Assembly: GCA_017465945.1 (NCBI GenBank)
Contig: JAFTVD010000001.1
Span: forward strand, 41,604-105,603
Source: Alphaproteobacteria bacterium
GTDB taxonomy: Bacteria; Pseudomonadota; Alphaproteobacteria; RF32; CAG-239
Length of the DNA: 64,000 nucleotides
Reading direction: 5' to 3'
Shown: one piece after another, positions 46,729 through 57,340 of the stretch
Numbering within the stretch: the stretch's first letter is position 1
Layout: each line of letters starts with the position of its first letter
Position numbers and translations under genes: made by a program
The notes under the pieces: model-generated
Seen by the model: the letters and a program-made list of their open reading frames with translations, nothing else
Database searches by the model: none
Told to the model about the DNA's origin: nothing

Positions 46729-48495
46729 GTGAAAAACACTATAGCTTATTTTATATGCTCGATTTTAGTTGGTGCTATTATTTTTCTAATAGGTTTAACA
46801 ATCCAAAAAACTAACATCAATTTAAGCATGGCTAATATTACTTGTTTTTCATTTCTATGTGCAATCCTTTGCTATAGTTTATTACACCCATCCATACGAC
46901 AAAAATTAAAACATTATTTTGCCGATATTGATTGGGCTGAAGCAACTATTAATTATTATCACTCAATCCCTTCTATATATCGTAAAAGTTTTTGGATATC
47001 TTTTATTTTTATAAATCTTGCCTTTTTATTTCATACTATCAACTTTATGTGGGGTGCATATGATTGGGGCGCTATCAGAACAACAGTAGATACTTCTGCT
47101 AGCATAAAAGAAGGTAATTTTGCTTCATTTTTATTACAAAATATATTATTTGATGGAAAAATATTACCAATAATAAATAACTTATGGTCCTTTGTTGGTT
47201 TAAGCTTAGGCGGTATTCTTTTATGTATATATTGGAAAATGCCACAAAAAACCCATGTTTTCGTAATAACAACACTGTTTTTTTCAATAACCCCATATAC
47301 ATTAGGATGGTTATATTTTGCACAAAACACTTTAGGAAACTTATGGTTGCCAGCAATCATTTTATCTGCCTTAATATTAAGCCAAAAAGAAAACTCATCT
47401 CTTAACAAAAATTATATAAATAATCTCTTTTCAATCGGCTTGTTTATTATTGCTTTAGGAACATATTTTCCATCCATTAGCTTTATCGCAATAGCTATCC
47501 TTGGAAAAATCTTTCTAACAGCTTCATTAGACCAAACATCTCTAAAAGAAACATTTGCAAAAGAATTACAATGTTGTGCTAACCTCATGGCTGCATTATT
47601 AATATATATTTTTGTTATTATCTTATTAAAAAATAATAACAATAACCCTATTATGGGAAATGTTTCTTTTTACGATATAATAATGAATATTCCATTATTA
47701 ATATCTTCAACATTTACCCAATTTACAACACCATTACCTTTCATTGATATAAGTTATAAATTATTTAATTTATTGTTGGTATTAATAGCAATTTTTAGTT
47801 TGATAAACAAAACTACAACGAAATCAGCAATCATAGGTCTTTGCTTAATACCAATAATTCTTATATTTTCTAAAATAGCAGTTTTGTTTTATAATAATCC
47901 AACAACTCCACATATTGCTCGTATAGATTTTTATAGCATACCTTTATTTTATACCCTAATGTTTGCAACACTTGTAAAAATCAATACGGAATACCTAAAG
48001 CGCATAACATACACTCTTGCTTGCTTAATCATCTTTATGAGTTTTGTTAGAATATCATATGCTCTTAAAGTATGGAAATTTGGATGGGACGCAGAAACTA
48101 AATTAGCCGAACGTATTATCACTCGTATGGAAAAAATGCCAGAGTTTGATATTTCTCGCCAGTATAAACTACTTCAAATTGGTGAAACAAGCTTACGTAG
48201 TAAATACTACATATCAAAAAACAATGAAGCACCAAGTAATGAATTACTTAATTTTGCATATTATAAATCAAATAACGCAAAAGACGCATACAACTTTTTC
48301 TATCAAGCAGATTTTGTTTCTGCTAATGCCAACCTTAAAGAGGCTATAAACAACTACAAAATAAGAGAATACATATTAAACAATGCTCGCCCATGGCCAG
48401 CAAAAGAAAGTATCTTCATTACAGATGATTATATTGTATTTGTATTAGATGAAAAAGCTTTATATCAAATGCAACAATTCATCATAAAAAATTAA
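46729..48495 (+). CDS. Polytopic membrane protein (588 aa), possible GT-C-type glycosyltransferase or polymerase
   Basis: GTG start 7 nt after GGAGGG. More than 10 TM helices followed by a soluble C-terminal ~150 aa. Function is inferred only from its position in the glycan cluster. Confidence 0.65.
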   Translation: MKNTIAYFICSILVGAIIFLIGLTIQKTNINLSMANITCFSFLCAILCYSLLHPSIRQKLKHYFADIDWAEATINYYHSIPSIYRKSFWISFIFINLAFLFHTINFMWGAYDWGAIRTTVDTSASIKEGNFASFLLQNILFDGKILPIINNLWSFVGLSLGGILLCIYWKMPQKTHVFVITTLFFSITPYTLGWLYFAQNTLGNLWLPAIILSALILSQKENSSLNKNYINNLFSIGLFIIALGTYFPSISFIAIAILGKIFLTASLDQTSLKETFAKELQCCANLMAALLIYIFVIILLKNNNNNPIMGNVSFYDIIMNIPLLISSTFTQFTTPLPFIDISYKLFNLLLVLIAIFSLINKTTTKSAIIGLCLIPIILIFSKIAVLFYNNPTTPHIARIDFYSIPLFYTLMFATLVKINTEYLKRITYTLACLIIFMSFVRISYALKVWKFGWDAETKLAERIITRMEKMPEFDISRQYKLLQIGETSLRSKYYISKNNEAPSNELLNFAYYKSNNAKDAYNFFYQADFVSANANLKEAINNYKIREYILNNARPWPAKESIFITDDYIVFVLDEKALYQMQQFIIKN

Positions 48496-48544
48496 AAAAA
48501 CTCTTGATTCTTATTTTATTATGCTATATCTCAATATTCAATGT

Positions 48545-48630
48545 GCGGCCATGGCGGAATTGGTAGACGCGTAACGTTGAGGTCGTTATGAGCTAAGCTC
48601 GTGGAAGTTCAAGTCTTCTTGGCCGCACCA
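48545..48630 (+). tRNA. tRNA-Leu (anticodon GAG), CCA encoded
   Basis: Acceptor GCGGCCA/TGGCCGC, D-arm GCGGAATTGGTAGACGC, anticodon stem-loop TAACG-TTGAGGT-CGTTA, long variable arm, T-arm GGAAG-TTCAAGT-CTTCT. 86 nt. Confidence 0.93.
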
Positions 48631-48672
48631 TCTATAAAGAGTCGTTGAATATTATTTATGGAGGTTCAATTT

Positions 48673-49626
48673 ATGCTAAGAATTTACAGAACCGAAGATA
48701 ACGGCAAATTAACTAAATTAAAAAAGAATAAAATCCTACCAATGACTTGGTGCTCTCTTGTAAATCCTAATGAAGAAGAGCTATTACAAGTTTCAACCAA
48801 TTTGCACATTGACTATGATTTATTAAATAACTGCTTAGACGCAGATGAACGCTCACGCATAGAAACAGATTCTAAATCATTAGCAATAATCATAAATTTA
48901 CCTCTATTAGATGATGAAAACAACTTTGACACACTACCATGTGGTTTAGTAATAACTCCTAAAAACTTAATTACAATTTGTGCAAGAGATAATCGTGTAT
49001 TAAATTCTTTTAATCGCTCAACAGCCAATACATTTAATACTCGTAACAGAACCCAATTTTTATTAAATATATTATATCGTTGCACACAATTTTATTTAAG
49101 ATATTTAACTATAATTAATAAAAGAACCGAAGATATAGAATACGCTCTTCGAAAAACAACATCAAATAAAGAGCTTTTTGAATTAATGGAAATACAAAAA
49201 TCATTAGTATATTTCACAACAGCTCTAAAAGACAATCACCTAGTTCTCTTAAAATTATTAAGAATGCTAAAAGGTCCAAACCTTGCAAAACTCGTAAAGT
49301 TTAACACAGATGATGAAGAGTTACTAGATGATGTTATAATTGAAAACAAACAAGCTATCGAAATGGTAGATATGCACCGCTCTATTTTAGAGGGAATGAT
49401 GGATGGTTTTGCAAGTATCATTAATAACAATGTAAATTTAGTAATGAAATTTTTAGCGGCCATAACCATTATTTTATCCATACCAACTATGCTCGCAAGC
49501 TTTTGGGGAATGAACGTCCCTGTGGCATTTAGTGGTAACCCAAATGGTTTTTGGGTTGTTATAGGTATGTCTGCAATAGCCACCATTGCTACCATAATTT
49601 ATTTCAGAAAAAAAGGTATGTTTTAA
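48673..49626 (+). CDS. corA: CorA-family magnesium/cobalt transporter
   Basis: C-terminal two TM helices with the FWGMNVP (GMN) signature. The ATG at 48673 lies 8 nt after GGAGG. Confidence 0.88.
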   Translation: MLRIYRTEDNGKLTKLKKNKILPMTWCSLVNPNEEELLQVSTNLHIDYDLLNNCLDADERSRIETDSKSLAIIINLPLLDDENNFDTLPCGLVITPKNLITICARDNRVLNSFNRSTANTFNTRNRTQFLLNILYRCTQFYLRYLTIINKRTEDIEYALRKTTSNKELFELMEIQKSLVYFTTALKDNHLVLLKLLRMLKGPNLAKLVKFNTDDEELLDDVIIENKQAIEMVDMHRSILEGMMDGFASIINNNVNLVMKFLAAITIILSIPTMLASFWGMNVPVAFSGNPNGFWVVIGMSAIATIATIIYFRKKGMF

Positions 49627-49638
49627 GATAATATATAT

Positions 49639-51639
49639 TTACATCTCGAGTTTTAATAATTCAAGTTTGCGAATTTTATCTCTACATTCCATAGCCTTTT
49701 CAAATTCCAAATCTTCTGCCCATGCACGCATTTCTTTTTGAAGCTTCTTAATTTCAGTTTCAATATTTTTAATTTTAGAAAAATCAATATCAAGAGATGA
49801 TTTTTTCTTTGTCTTCCTATTATCATCATCTACTTCAGTCATCGTCATTAAAGTATTTGAAATAGACTTTTTAACGGTTTGAGGAATAATACCATTAGCC
49901 AAATTATACTCTTCTTGCTTCTTACGACGTCGATTCGTTTCATCTAATGCCATTTTTATTGAATCTGTTATTTTATCTGCATATAAAACAACTCTCCCCT
50001 CCGCATTACGAGCAGCACGACCAATTGTTTGTATCAATGATCGATATGAACGTAAAAAACCTTCCTTATCAGCATCTAAAATAGCCACCAATGAACATTC
50101 TGGAATATCAAGACCTTCCCTTAAAAGGTTAATTCCAACCAACACATCAAACACACCTTGTCTTAAATCTCTAATAATTTCTATACGTTCTATCGTATCA
50201 ATATCAGAATGAAGATATCTAACTTTAATTCCATTATCTCTTAGATAATCTGTCAAATCTTCAGCCATTTTCTTTGTTAATGTAGTAACAAGCGCTCTCT
50301 CTCCTTTTTTTATAACTCTTTGACATTCTGCCATTAAATCATCAACCTGAGTTTCAACCGGTTTAACAACGCATTCAGGGTCTGTTAATCCCGTAGGTCT
50401 AATCACTTGTTCTGCAAAAACACCTTTACTTTGCTCTAATTCCCAATCTCCAGGAGTTGCAGAAACAAAAATAGTCTGTCCCCTAAATTTATCCCACTCT
50501 TCAAATTTCAAAGGTCTATTATCAACACAAGAAGGCAATCTAAAACCATAATCAGAAAGCGTAGTTTTTCTATTTCTATCTCCCCTATACATAGCTCCAA
50601 TTTGTGGCACCGAAATATGACTTTCATCAATAAATATCAAACTATCTTTTGGGAAATACTCAAACAATGTTGGAGGAGGTTCACCAGGATTACGCCCTGT
50701 TAAATACCTAGAATAATTTTCAATTCCTTTGCAATGTCCTGTCGTCTCTAACATTTCTAAATCAAAATTTGTACGTTGCTCTAAACGTTGTGCTTCCAAA
50801 AGTTGATTATTATTCTTAAATTCATCTAAACGAATTTTCAAATCTTCTCTTATGTGTGTCATAGCTTGAGAAAGAGCTGGTCTTGGTGTTACATAATGAT
50901 TTGCAGGATATACTGTAATTGCTTCTAAATCTGCAGTTTTTTTACCTGTTAACACATCAAACTCTACAATTTTCTCAACCTCATCACCAAAAAAAGAAAT
51001 CCTCCACCCTCTATCTTCATAATGCGCTGGAAAAATATCTAAAGTATCACCCTTAACTCTAAAAGTAGAGCGAACAAAATTAACTTGATTACGCTCATAT
51101 TGAAGACTTGCTAAATTTTTATGAATTTCCCCCTGCTCTATCACATCACCTACACTAATAGAAAAAGCCATAGAAGAATACGATTCCATACTACCTAAAC
51201 CATATATACAAGAAACCGAAGCCACAATTATCACATCTTTTTCTTCTAACACATTTCTTGTCGCACCATGTCTCATTCTATCAATTTGTTCATTAATAGA
51301 TGAATCTTTTTCGATATATGTATCCGTTTTAGGAATATAAGCCTCTGGCTGATAATAATCATAATATGAAACAAAATACTCCACATGATTATTAGGAAAA
51401 AACTCTTTCATTTCTGCATAAAGCTGTGCTGCCAAAATTTTATTTGGCGCCATAATCAAAGTTGGCTTTTTCATTTCTTCAATAATTTTAGCCATAGTAA
51501 AAGTTTTACCGCTTCCGGTAACACCTAACAATACCTGATTTTTCACACCATTCCTTAATCCATCACAAAGCTGTTTTATTGCCTCTGGTTGATCCCCCGA
51601 TGGTTTAAAAGGACTTACAACTTTAAATTCATTACTCAT
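49639..51639 (-). CDS. uvrB: Excinuclease ABC subunit B
   Basis: [27 protein letters not shown], helicase motifs, and a C-terminal UVR domain ([16 protein letters not shown]). Confidence 0.96.
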   Translation of the reverse strand: MSNEFKVVSPFKPSGDQPEAIKQLCDGLRNGVKNQVLLGVTGSGKTFTMAKIIEEMKKPTLIMAPNKILAAQLYAEMKEFFPNNHVEYFVSYYDYYQPEAYIPKTDTYIEKDSSINEQIDRMRHGATRNVLEEKDVIIVASVSCIYGLGSMESYSSMAFSISVGDVIEQGEIHKNLASLQYERNQVNFVRSTFRVKGDTLDIFPAHYEDRGWRISFFGDEVEKIVEFDVLTGKKTADLEAITVYPANHYVTPRPALSQAMTHIREDLKIRLDEFKNNNQLLEAQRLEQRTNFDLEMLETTGHCKGIENYSRYLTGRNPGEPPPTLFEYFPKDSLIFIDESHISVPQIGAMYRGDRNRKTTLSDYGFRLPSCVDNRPLKFEEWDKFRGQTIFVSATPGDWELEQSKGVFAEQVIRPTGLTDPECVVKPVETQVDDLMAECQRVIKKGERALVTTLTKKMAEDLTDYLRDNGIKVRYLHSDIDTIERIEIIRDLRQGVFDVLVGINLLREGLDIPECSLVAILDADKEGFLRSYRSLIQTIGRAARNAEGRVVLYADKITDSIKMALDETNRRRKKQEEYNLANGIIPQTVKKSISNTLMTMTEVDDDNRKTKKKSSLDIDFSKIKNIETEIKKLQKEMRAWAEDLEFEKAMECRDKIRKLELLKLEM

Positions 51640-51759
51640 AGTTTATAAATATATTCCAACTTCCTAAAAAAAGTCAAGATAACCTAAAACAAAATATATT
51701 GGATAAGATAAAAAATAGTTATGAATTTAATTTTATATAACTAGAATAAAAACAAATAG

Positions 51760-53328
51760 ATGGAAACGATTATGCATAAAAAACAACAGACCTATATTTC
51801 TCAATATATTATATGGATTTTACTTATAACTTCCGCTATATTGCATTTTTATAAACTTGGTAGCATTCCTTCCGATATAAATCAAGATGAAGCACTAACA
51901 GCATACAATGCTTTTAGTTTATTAACTACAGGAAAAAGTGCTTTCAACAATACAAATCCCATATATTTAATTGGTTGGGGAAGTGGAACAAGTATCCTAT
52001 ATGCTTTGCTAACAAAATTATGTTTTTTCCTTTTTGATATTAGCATTTATACCGCTCGTTTACCTAATGCTATTATGGGCACCATTAGTTGCTACGTTTT
52101 TTATCGACTATTAAGATTATTTTATAACAAACAAACAGCTCTTATAGGACTTTTTCTTATAGTAATCTCCCCATGGAATATTATGACATCACGCTGGGGA
52201 TTAGATGCCAACATAGCTCCAAGCATCAACTTAATAAGTTTTTATTTTTATTGTAAATCTACAAAAAAATCTCAATACTTATATTTGTCATCTATTTTTT
52301 ACGCATTAACAATATATTCATACGCCACCTATTGGCCCTATCTTGCAATCATTTATCCTATACAACTAATTTACTTATATAAAACATCTAAAACCAACCA
52401 AACAACACAAAATATTTTATATAGTTTCGCCTTATTTATACTTCTTATATCCCCAATACTATATTTTATCCTAGTAAACTATAACATACTAAATGAAGTA
52501 AAATTATCATGGATAACCATCCCAAAACTTCCAGCATGGCGTATAGATGAGCTCGGAATAACTGACATAAAAACCAAAGCATTAATGTTATTTAATATAT
52601 TAATAAAGCAAAATGATGGCTGGCCATCAAATATGTTACCAAACTATGGATTATTCTACCTATTTTCACCAATTTTCATCATTACAGGGCTATATTTTTT
52701 ATTTAACAACACCAAATCTGATTATAAAAATAAAAAATTCTCTTTTTCTTTTATAGTATTAACACAAATAATTGTTGGAATAATATATTCTCTATTTTTA
52801 TATTCATTTTCAAATCGCATAAATTTCCTTTATATTCCTTTCTTAATATCTTTAACTATCACCATACAAAAACTCGTAACATATAAACGAGTATTTTACA
52901 CAATAATCGCAATTTATATTTTACACTTCATATTTTTTATTCATAACTATTTCACCCATTATAATCAAAAACTAGCCCAAAACTATTTATTTAGTTTTTC
53001 ATATGGTATAAAAGATGCTCTACAAAAAGCAGAAGAATGGCATCACAAAACAAACAAATCTATATACATATTAGGCGAACCATATATATACCCTAAAGTA
53101 CTATTCTTAAATAAAATACCACCATATATATACCAAAAAACAGTAACTTGGTATAATTACCCAAGCGCCTTTATGCAAGCAAAGTCATTTACCTATTATC
53201 ATTTTATAAACACACCAAGCGAAATTCCTGATAATCAAATATATATAACCCACACTAATCAAAAAGATTACTTCAATACATATACAACCTTTATTTATGG
53301 TAATTACATAGTAGCCACAAAAGAATAA
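51760..53328 (+). CDS. GT39/ArnT-like (GT-C) glycosyltransferase
   Basis: First periplasmic loop with the DE motif (DINQDEALTAYNAFSLL), about 11 TM helices, and a C-terminal soluble domain. Confidence 0.72.
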   Translation: METIMHKKQQTYISQYIIWILLITSAILHFYKLGSIPSDINQDEALTAYNAFSLLTTGKSAFNNTNPIYLIGWGSGTSILYALLTKLCFFLFDISIYTARLPNAIMGTISCYVFYRLLRLFYNKQTALIGLFLIVISPWNIMTSRWGLDANIAPSINLISFYFYCKSTKKSQYLYLSSIFYALTIYSYATYWPYLAIIYPIQLIYLYKTSKTNQTTQNILYSFALFILLISPILYFILVNYNILNEVKLSWITIPKLPAWRIDELGITDIKTKALMLFNILIKQNDGWPSNMLPNYGLFYLFSPIFIITGLYFLFNNTKSDYKNKKFSFSFIVLTQIIVGIIYSLFLYSFSNRINFLYIPFLISLTITIQKLVTYKRVFYTIIAIYILHFIFFIHNYFTHYNQKLAQNYLFSFSYGIKDALQKAEEWHHKTNKSIYILGEPYIYPKVLFLNKIPPYIYQKTVTWYNYPSAFMQAKSFTYYHFINTPSEIPDNQIYITHTNQKDYFNTYTTFIYGNYIVATKE

Positions 53329-53410
53329 ATAGGAATATAATAAATTATCACTAGACATTTAAACAAAGATTAGTCATTTTATCCGAGTACGTATTTTTTA
53401 AGGATATAAA

Positions 53411-54658
53411 ATGACTGATAATTTAATTTATGCCCCTTTTGAGGGAATTTTACCATCAACTATTTTTGCAAATCTTGTTGTTGCTCCTCCCTATGATGTA
53501 TTATCATCAAAAGAAGCAAAACAACTTGCACAAAATAACCCATATAGTTTTTTGCATATCTCCAAAGCAGAAATTGATTTTGATGATAACATATCTCCTT
53601 ATGACGAAAAAGTATATCAAAAAGCATATGAAAATTATCAAACATTGCTAACTAATTCTATTCTCCACACAACAGGAAAACCTTGTTTTTATATATATCA
53701 GATAAAAAACGATAATCATATTCAAACAGGGCTTGCAGTCTCTGCTTCTGTAAAAGCATACCTTGATGGTAGAATAAAACGTCACGAATTAACTCGTACC
53801 ATAAAAGAAAATGACCGTATAAAACAAATAAAAACAGTAGGTGCACAAACAGGACCTGCGCTTTTAATAAACAAAGAAATCCCTATAATAAAAGAACTAC
53901 TAAAAGGCATAACTTCCACTTCAAATCCTAACCTATCAGTAAAAGATAATAACAATAATATCCATAGTTTGTGGATAATAGATAATGAAGAAAAGATAAC
54001 CCTAATTCAAAATGAATTCCAAAAACAAAATTTAGCCTATATTGCCGACGGACATCATCGCTCTGCTGCCGCATCAAAACTTGCTATTGAAAATAATACC
54101 ACAGACACAGCACGTTTTCTTGCTATTACTTTTTTTGAAGATGAAATGGAAATTCTTGACTATAATCGTGTTGTTTTTGACTTAAATGGTCTATCAATAG
54201 ATGAATTCTTAAATAAATTAAAAACCAATTTTGAAGTAACTTTAGCCACTTCTCAAAAACCAACTAAAAAAAGAGAATTTACTATGTACCTAAATCAAAC
54301 ATGGTACAAATTAAATTATATCGGACCATCTATAGATTCTGACCCTGTATCTAAACTTGATGTAAGTATTTTATCAAAACTAGTATTAGATGAAATATTA
54401 GATATAAAAGACCTACGTAATTCAGAACGTATAGATTTTATTGGCGGTATTAGAGGACACACAGCCATAGAAGAAATGACAAATACCCACAATGGTGTAG
54501 GATTTATGATTTACCCAACATCTGTTAATGAACTTTTAAATGTTGCTGATAATAATATGCTTATGCCACCAAAATCAACTTGGTTTGAACCTAAACTTGT
54601 TGATGGTATAATATCAAAATCTCAAATAGACGAAATTTATGAGAAAAAATGTGCTTGA
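53411..54658 (+). CDS. DUF1015-family protein
   Basis: Typical N-terminus (F.GILP..........PPYDV.S..EA) and the YIADGHHRSAAA motif. Confidence 0.8.
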   Translation: MTDNLIYAPFEGILPSTIFANLVVAPPYDVLSSKEAKQLAQNNPYSFLHISKAEIDFDDNISPYDEKVYQKAYENYQTLLTNSILHTTGKPCFYIYQIKNDNHIQTGLAVSASVKAYLDGRIKRHELTRTIKENDRIKQIKTVGAQTGPALLINKEIPIIKELLKGITSTSNPNLSVKDNNNNIHSLWIIDNEEKITLIQNEFQKQNLAYIADGHHRSAAASKLAIENNTTDTARFLAITFFEDEMEILDYNRVVFDLNGLSIDEFLNKLKTNFEVTLATSQKPTKKREFTMYLNQTWYKLNYIGPSIDSDPVSKLDVSILSKLVLDEILDIKDLRNSERIDFIGGIRGHTAIEEMTNTHNGVGFMIYPTSVNELLNVADNNMLMPPKSTWFEPKLVDGIISKSQIDEIYEKKCA

Positions 54659-54684
54659 AAGGATTTTATAAAAGGTAAAATAAA

Positions 54685-55125
54685 ATGGATAAACAATATA
54701 TTACTTGGGAAGAAATCAAACAATTAAGCGATACATTAGCTGATAAAATCAAATCACATTGTCAAGATTTAGAAACAGCCACCATTGTAGCTGTATCTCG
54801 TGGAGGATTAATACCTGCTCAATTAATTGCATATAAGTTAAATATAAGAGATGTTAGAATTATGAAATTAATTTCATATAACTCTGATAATTCTCAAGAA
54901 AAAATTAAAGACATCTCAACAGACCGCCTTTTTGATGGCGACAATGTTTATGTAATAGATGACCTTGCAGATAGCGGACAAACAATCACTTACATAAGGC
55001 AAAATTTCCCAAATGCAAATATCTGCACATTGCTAACTAAAGATTGTTGTAATGCTACTCCAGATATTTGTATCAAAAAAGGTATCAAAGGAAACACTTG
55101 GATTGTTTTCCCTTGGGATGAATAG
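54685..55125 (+). CDS. gpt: Xanthine-guanine phosphoribosyltransferase
   Basis: Colinear by eye with E. coli Gpt: YITWEE..., AVSRGGLIPAQLIA, the PRPP loop VYVIDDLADSGQT, and C-terminal TWIVFPWD. Confidence 0.85.
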   Translation: MDKQYITWEEIKQLSDTLADKIKSHCQDLETATIVAVSRGGLIPAQLIAYKLNIRDVRIMKLISYNSDNSQEKIKDISTDRLFDGDNVYVIDDLADSGQTITYIRQNFPNANICTLLTKDCCNATPDICIKKGIKGNTWIVFPWDE

Positions 55126-55217
55126 AGTTTTTTGTTTAATCTTAAATGAAAAGCATTGCAAAAAAGTTTTTAATTAGTAATTTAAATACGTAATCTTTAA
55201 TTAAGGGGATATATATT

Positions 55218-56153
55218 ATGAATACAGCATTAAAAGCATTATCTGTTATTGCTCTTTCAGCTTTAACCGCTGGTGGTGTTGCATATTTAAGCAATAACTG
55301 CCCAAAAAAGAGTGCCAAACTCCAAGAAACAATTAACACTCAAATAGCTCAATATATTGAAAAAAATCCACACATAATATTAGAAAAAATAGCTAAATCA
55401 GAAAATTTTGGAAACACAATCAAAAGTTTTTCAACATCAAGCGAAGAAGAAGTAGCTAATATTGTTACATCTTACATACAAAAAAATCCAGAATTACTTG
55501 GCGAATACATCAGAAACAATGCCTCTCACATTGCTAGTTCTATATTAGAAACAGAAGAATTTAAAAACTATGCTCCTTCAAATACTCAAACATCTAATGA
55601 AGAAGCAACAACCGAATCTCAAAATGATGAAAACAAAATATATCGTGATAACTGGGAAAAATTAAGCCAAAATGATATTACTCCATATATCGGCCCCAAA
55701 GATGCAAAAGTAACAGTTGTAGAATTTTTTGATTTTGCATGCGGACATTGTAAATCTTTAGCCCCAGTCATTGCAGAACTTGCAAAAAACAACCCTGATG
55801 TTAAGTTTGTATTTCAACCACTTTATTTCATGAGTGATCATTCTAATTACGCATCAAGAGTATCTTTTGCAGCATTTCAAAAAGGCAAATTCCTTGAAGT
55901 ATTTGAAGGCGTAATGACATTACCAAACCTAACTGAAGAAGATATTAATCAAATTTTGGTTGACGAAGGTCTAAATGTAGATGAAATCAAAACAATGACA
56001 GAAGAAAAAACAATTCGTCGTGGTGTACAAGATGTAGATGCTCTATCTCAAGTACTAGGAATTAATGGAGTACCAATGCTAATCATTAACGGCGAACCAT
56101 TCTATGGTAGATCATACCAAGATTTACAAAATAAAATTAATTCATTAAAATAA
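55218..56153 (+). CDS. DsbA-family periplasmic thiol:disulfide oxidoreductase with an N-terminal extension
   Basis: N-terminal anchor or signal sequence. Thioredoxin fold with VVEFFDFACGHCKSL (CGHC) and a cis-Pro region (INGVPMLIING). Confidence 0.8.
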   Translation: MNTALKALSVIALSALTAGGVAYLSNNCPKKSAKLQETINTQIAQYIEKNPHIILEKIAKSENFGNTIKSFSTSSEEEVANIVTSYIQKNPELLGEYIRNNASHIASSILETEEFKNYAPSNTQTSNEEATTESQNDENKIYRDNWEKLSQNDITPYIGPKDAKVTVVEFFDFACGHCKSLAPVIAELAKNNPDVKFVFQPLYFMSDHSNYASRVSFAAFQKGKFLEVFEGVMTLPNLTEEDINQILVDEGLNVDEIKTMTEEKTIRRGVQDVDALSQVLGINGVPMLIINGEPFYGRSYQDLQNKINSLK

Positions 56154-56187
56154 AGTACAAATAAAACTTTATTTAACCACAAAAAAA

Positions 56188-56227
56188 GCAGAGAAAGCTT
56201 GAAGGTATACCCCTCATCTTTCTCTGC
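56188..56227. terminator. Bidirectional terminator (10-bp stem, 20-nt loop)
   Basis: GCAGAGAAAG ... CTTTCTCTGC flanked by A7 and TTTAATTTT. Confidence 0.6.
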
Positions 56228-56244
56228 TTTAATTTTAGTTAGCC

Positions 56245-57294
56245 TTAGTATTCCCGCTGTAGTCTCTTGATTACCTTCTTAGGAAAATTTTTTACCATTT
56301 CCCTAAACGCATCTAACGTAACACCCAAACTAGCAACCAATGTATGTCTGGTTACAAGTTCGTCATTCTGTACAACAGAATTTAATGCTCTATATTCTGC
56401 ACGAAGATACCAAGAATAATTTCTACAGAAACCTCGATTCTCGTAATGAATACCAAGAGTGGGATACAGAACATTACCCCAAGACTGTATCCAGCCACCA
56501 TCATGAATAGGACTATCAGTACCATAGTATTCGAACCCAAATCCTGCAAATACCATCAGACGGTGGCAGTCAAACCTGTCAAACTCGAAAGGCTTGTAAG
56601 CAGCCTCGAATTGAGAACTAAATGTCCCATACTCCTTGTCAGGATGCTGAGAAAATTTAGAAAATTTAGATGTTCCATACTCTGCCTGAGCTGCAAGGTA
56701 CCCCCAACGTTGAGAATATTCTGCTCTTAAACCTACAACAGGTGATGCTAGGTTATCAGACAATTTATAGCCACCATACACTCCAAACGAAAATCCATAG
56801 CGATTACGACTACAAAGGTCAACAGGCATGCCATTCACCACCGCCACATAAGCATCACGGTCTTGATCGGAATTCTTCTTTGCTATATTCATAGTCTTCA
56901 AACTATTCACATAGAGATTATCCGATAAACCAAGAGGCTTATGAGTTCGCCAAGAACTATCCTTCAAAACATCGGACAATACCTCAGGTTTATGAGAAGA
57001 TGAAGCTACTCTTAACTCGTTATTTTTATAACGAGTTATTTTACTACCTTCTTTGGCGTAAAGGTCGTACACGTAACAGATTGTATCATTTAACGAGCTT
57101 TCGTTCGTTAAAAGCATGATACTGTCTTCAGTTTCTAACATCCTGACAATTTCTTTATTGCTCAAGCTGTCCGTTATAAAGACATACTCTTTCTGGTTAA
57201 CTACAACAATGTCTCTCTTAACTACCTGTGCATTCATTGCTACTGTCACAAAGCACACAACAGCCATTACGGCTAGTCTTTTAATCTTTTTCAT
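56245..57294 (-). CDS. Outer-membrane beta-barrel protein with an N-terminal soluble domain
   Basis: Signal peptide MKKIKRLAVMAVVCFVTVAMNA|Q. The C-terminal ~200 aa have alternating aromatic/Gly strands (FSFGVYGGYKL, GLRAEYSQRWGYLAAQAEYG, MVFAGFGFEYYG, SWYLRAEYRA). No GGAG-type RBS. Confidence 0.7.
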   Translation of the reverse strand: MKKIKRLAVMAVVCFVTVAMNAQVVKRDIVVVNQKEYVFITDSLSNKEIVRMLETEDSIMLLTNESSLNDTICYVYDLYAKEGSKITRYKNNELRVASSSHKPEVLSDVLKDSSWRTHKPLGLSDNLYVNSLKTMNIAKKNSDQDRDAYVAVVNGMPVDLCSRNRYGFSFGVYGGYKLSDNLASPVVGLRAEYSQRWGYLAAQAEYGTSKFSKFSQHPDKEYGTFSSQFEAAYKPFEFDRFDCHRLMVFAGFGFEYYGTDSPIHDGGWIQSWGNVLYPTLGIHYENRGFCRNYSWYLRAEYRALNSVVQNDELVTRHTLVASLGVTLDAFREMVKNFPKKVIKRLQREY

Positions 57295-57340
57295 AATCTT
57301 TTTCTTGTTTTTTATGTTTTACAATATTAATTTCACACAA

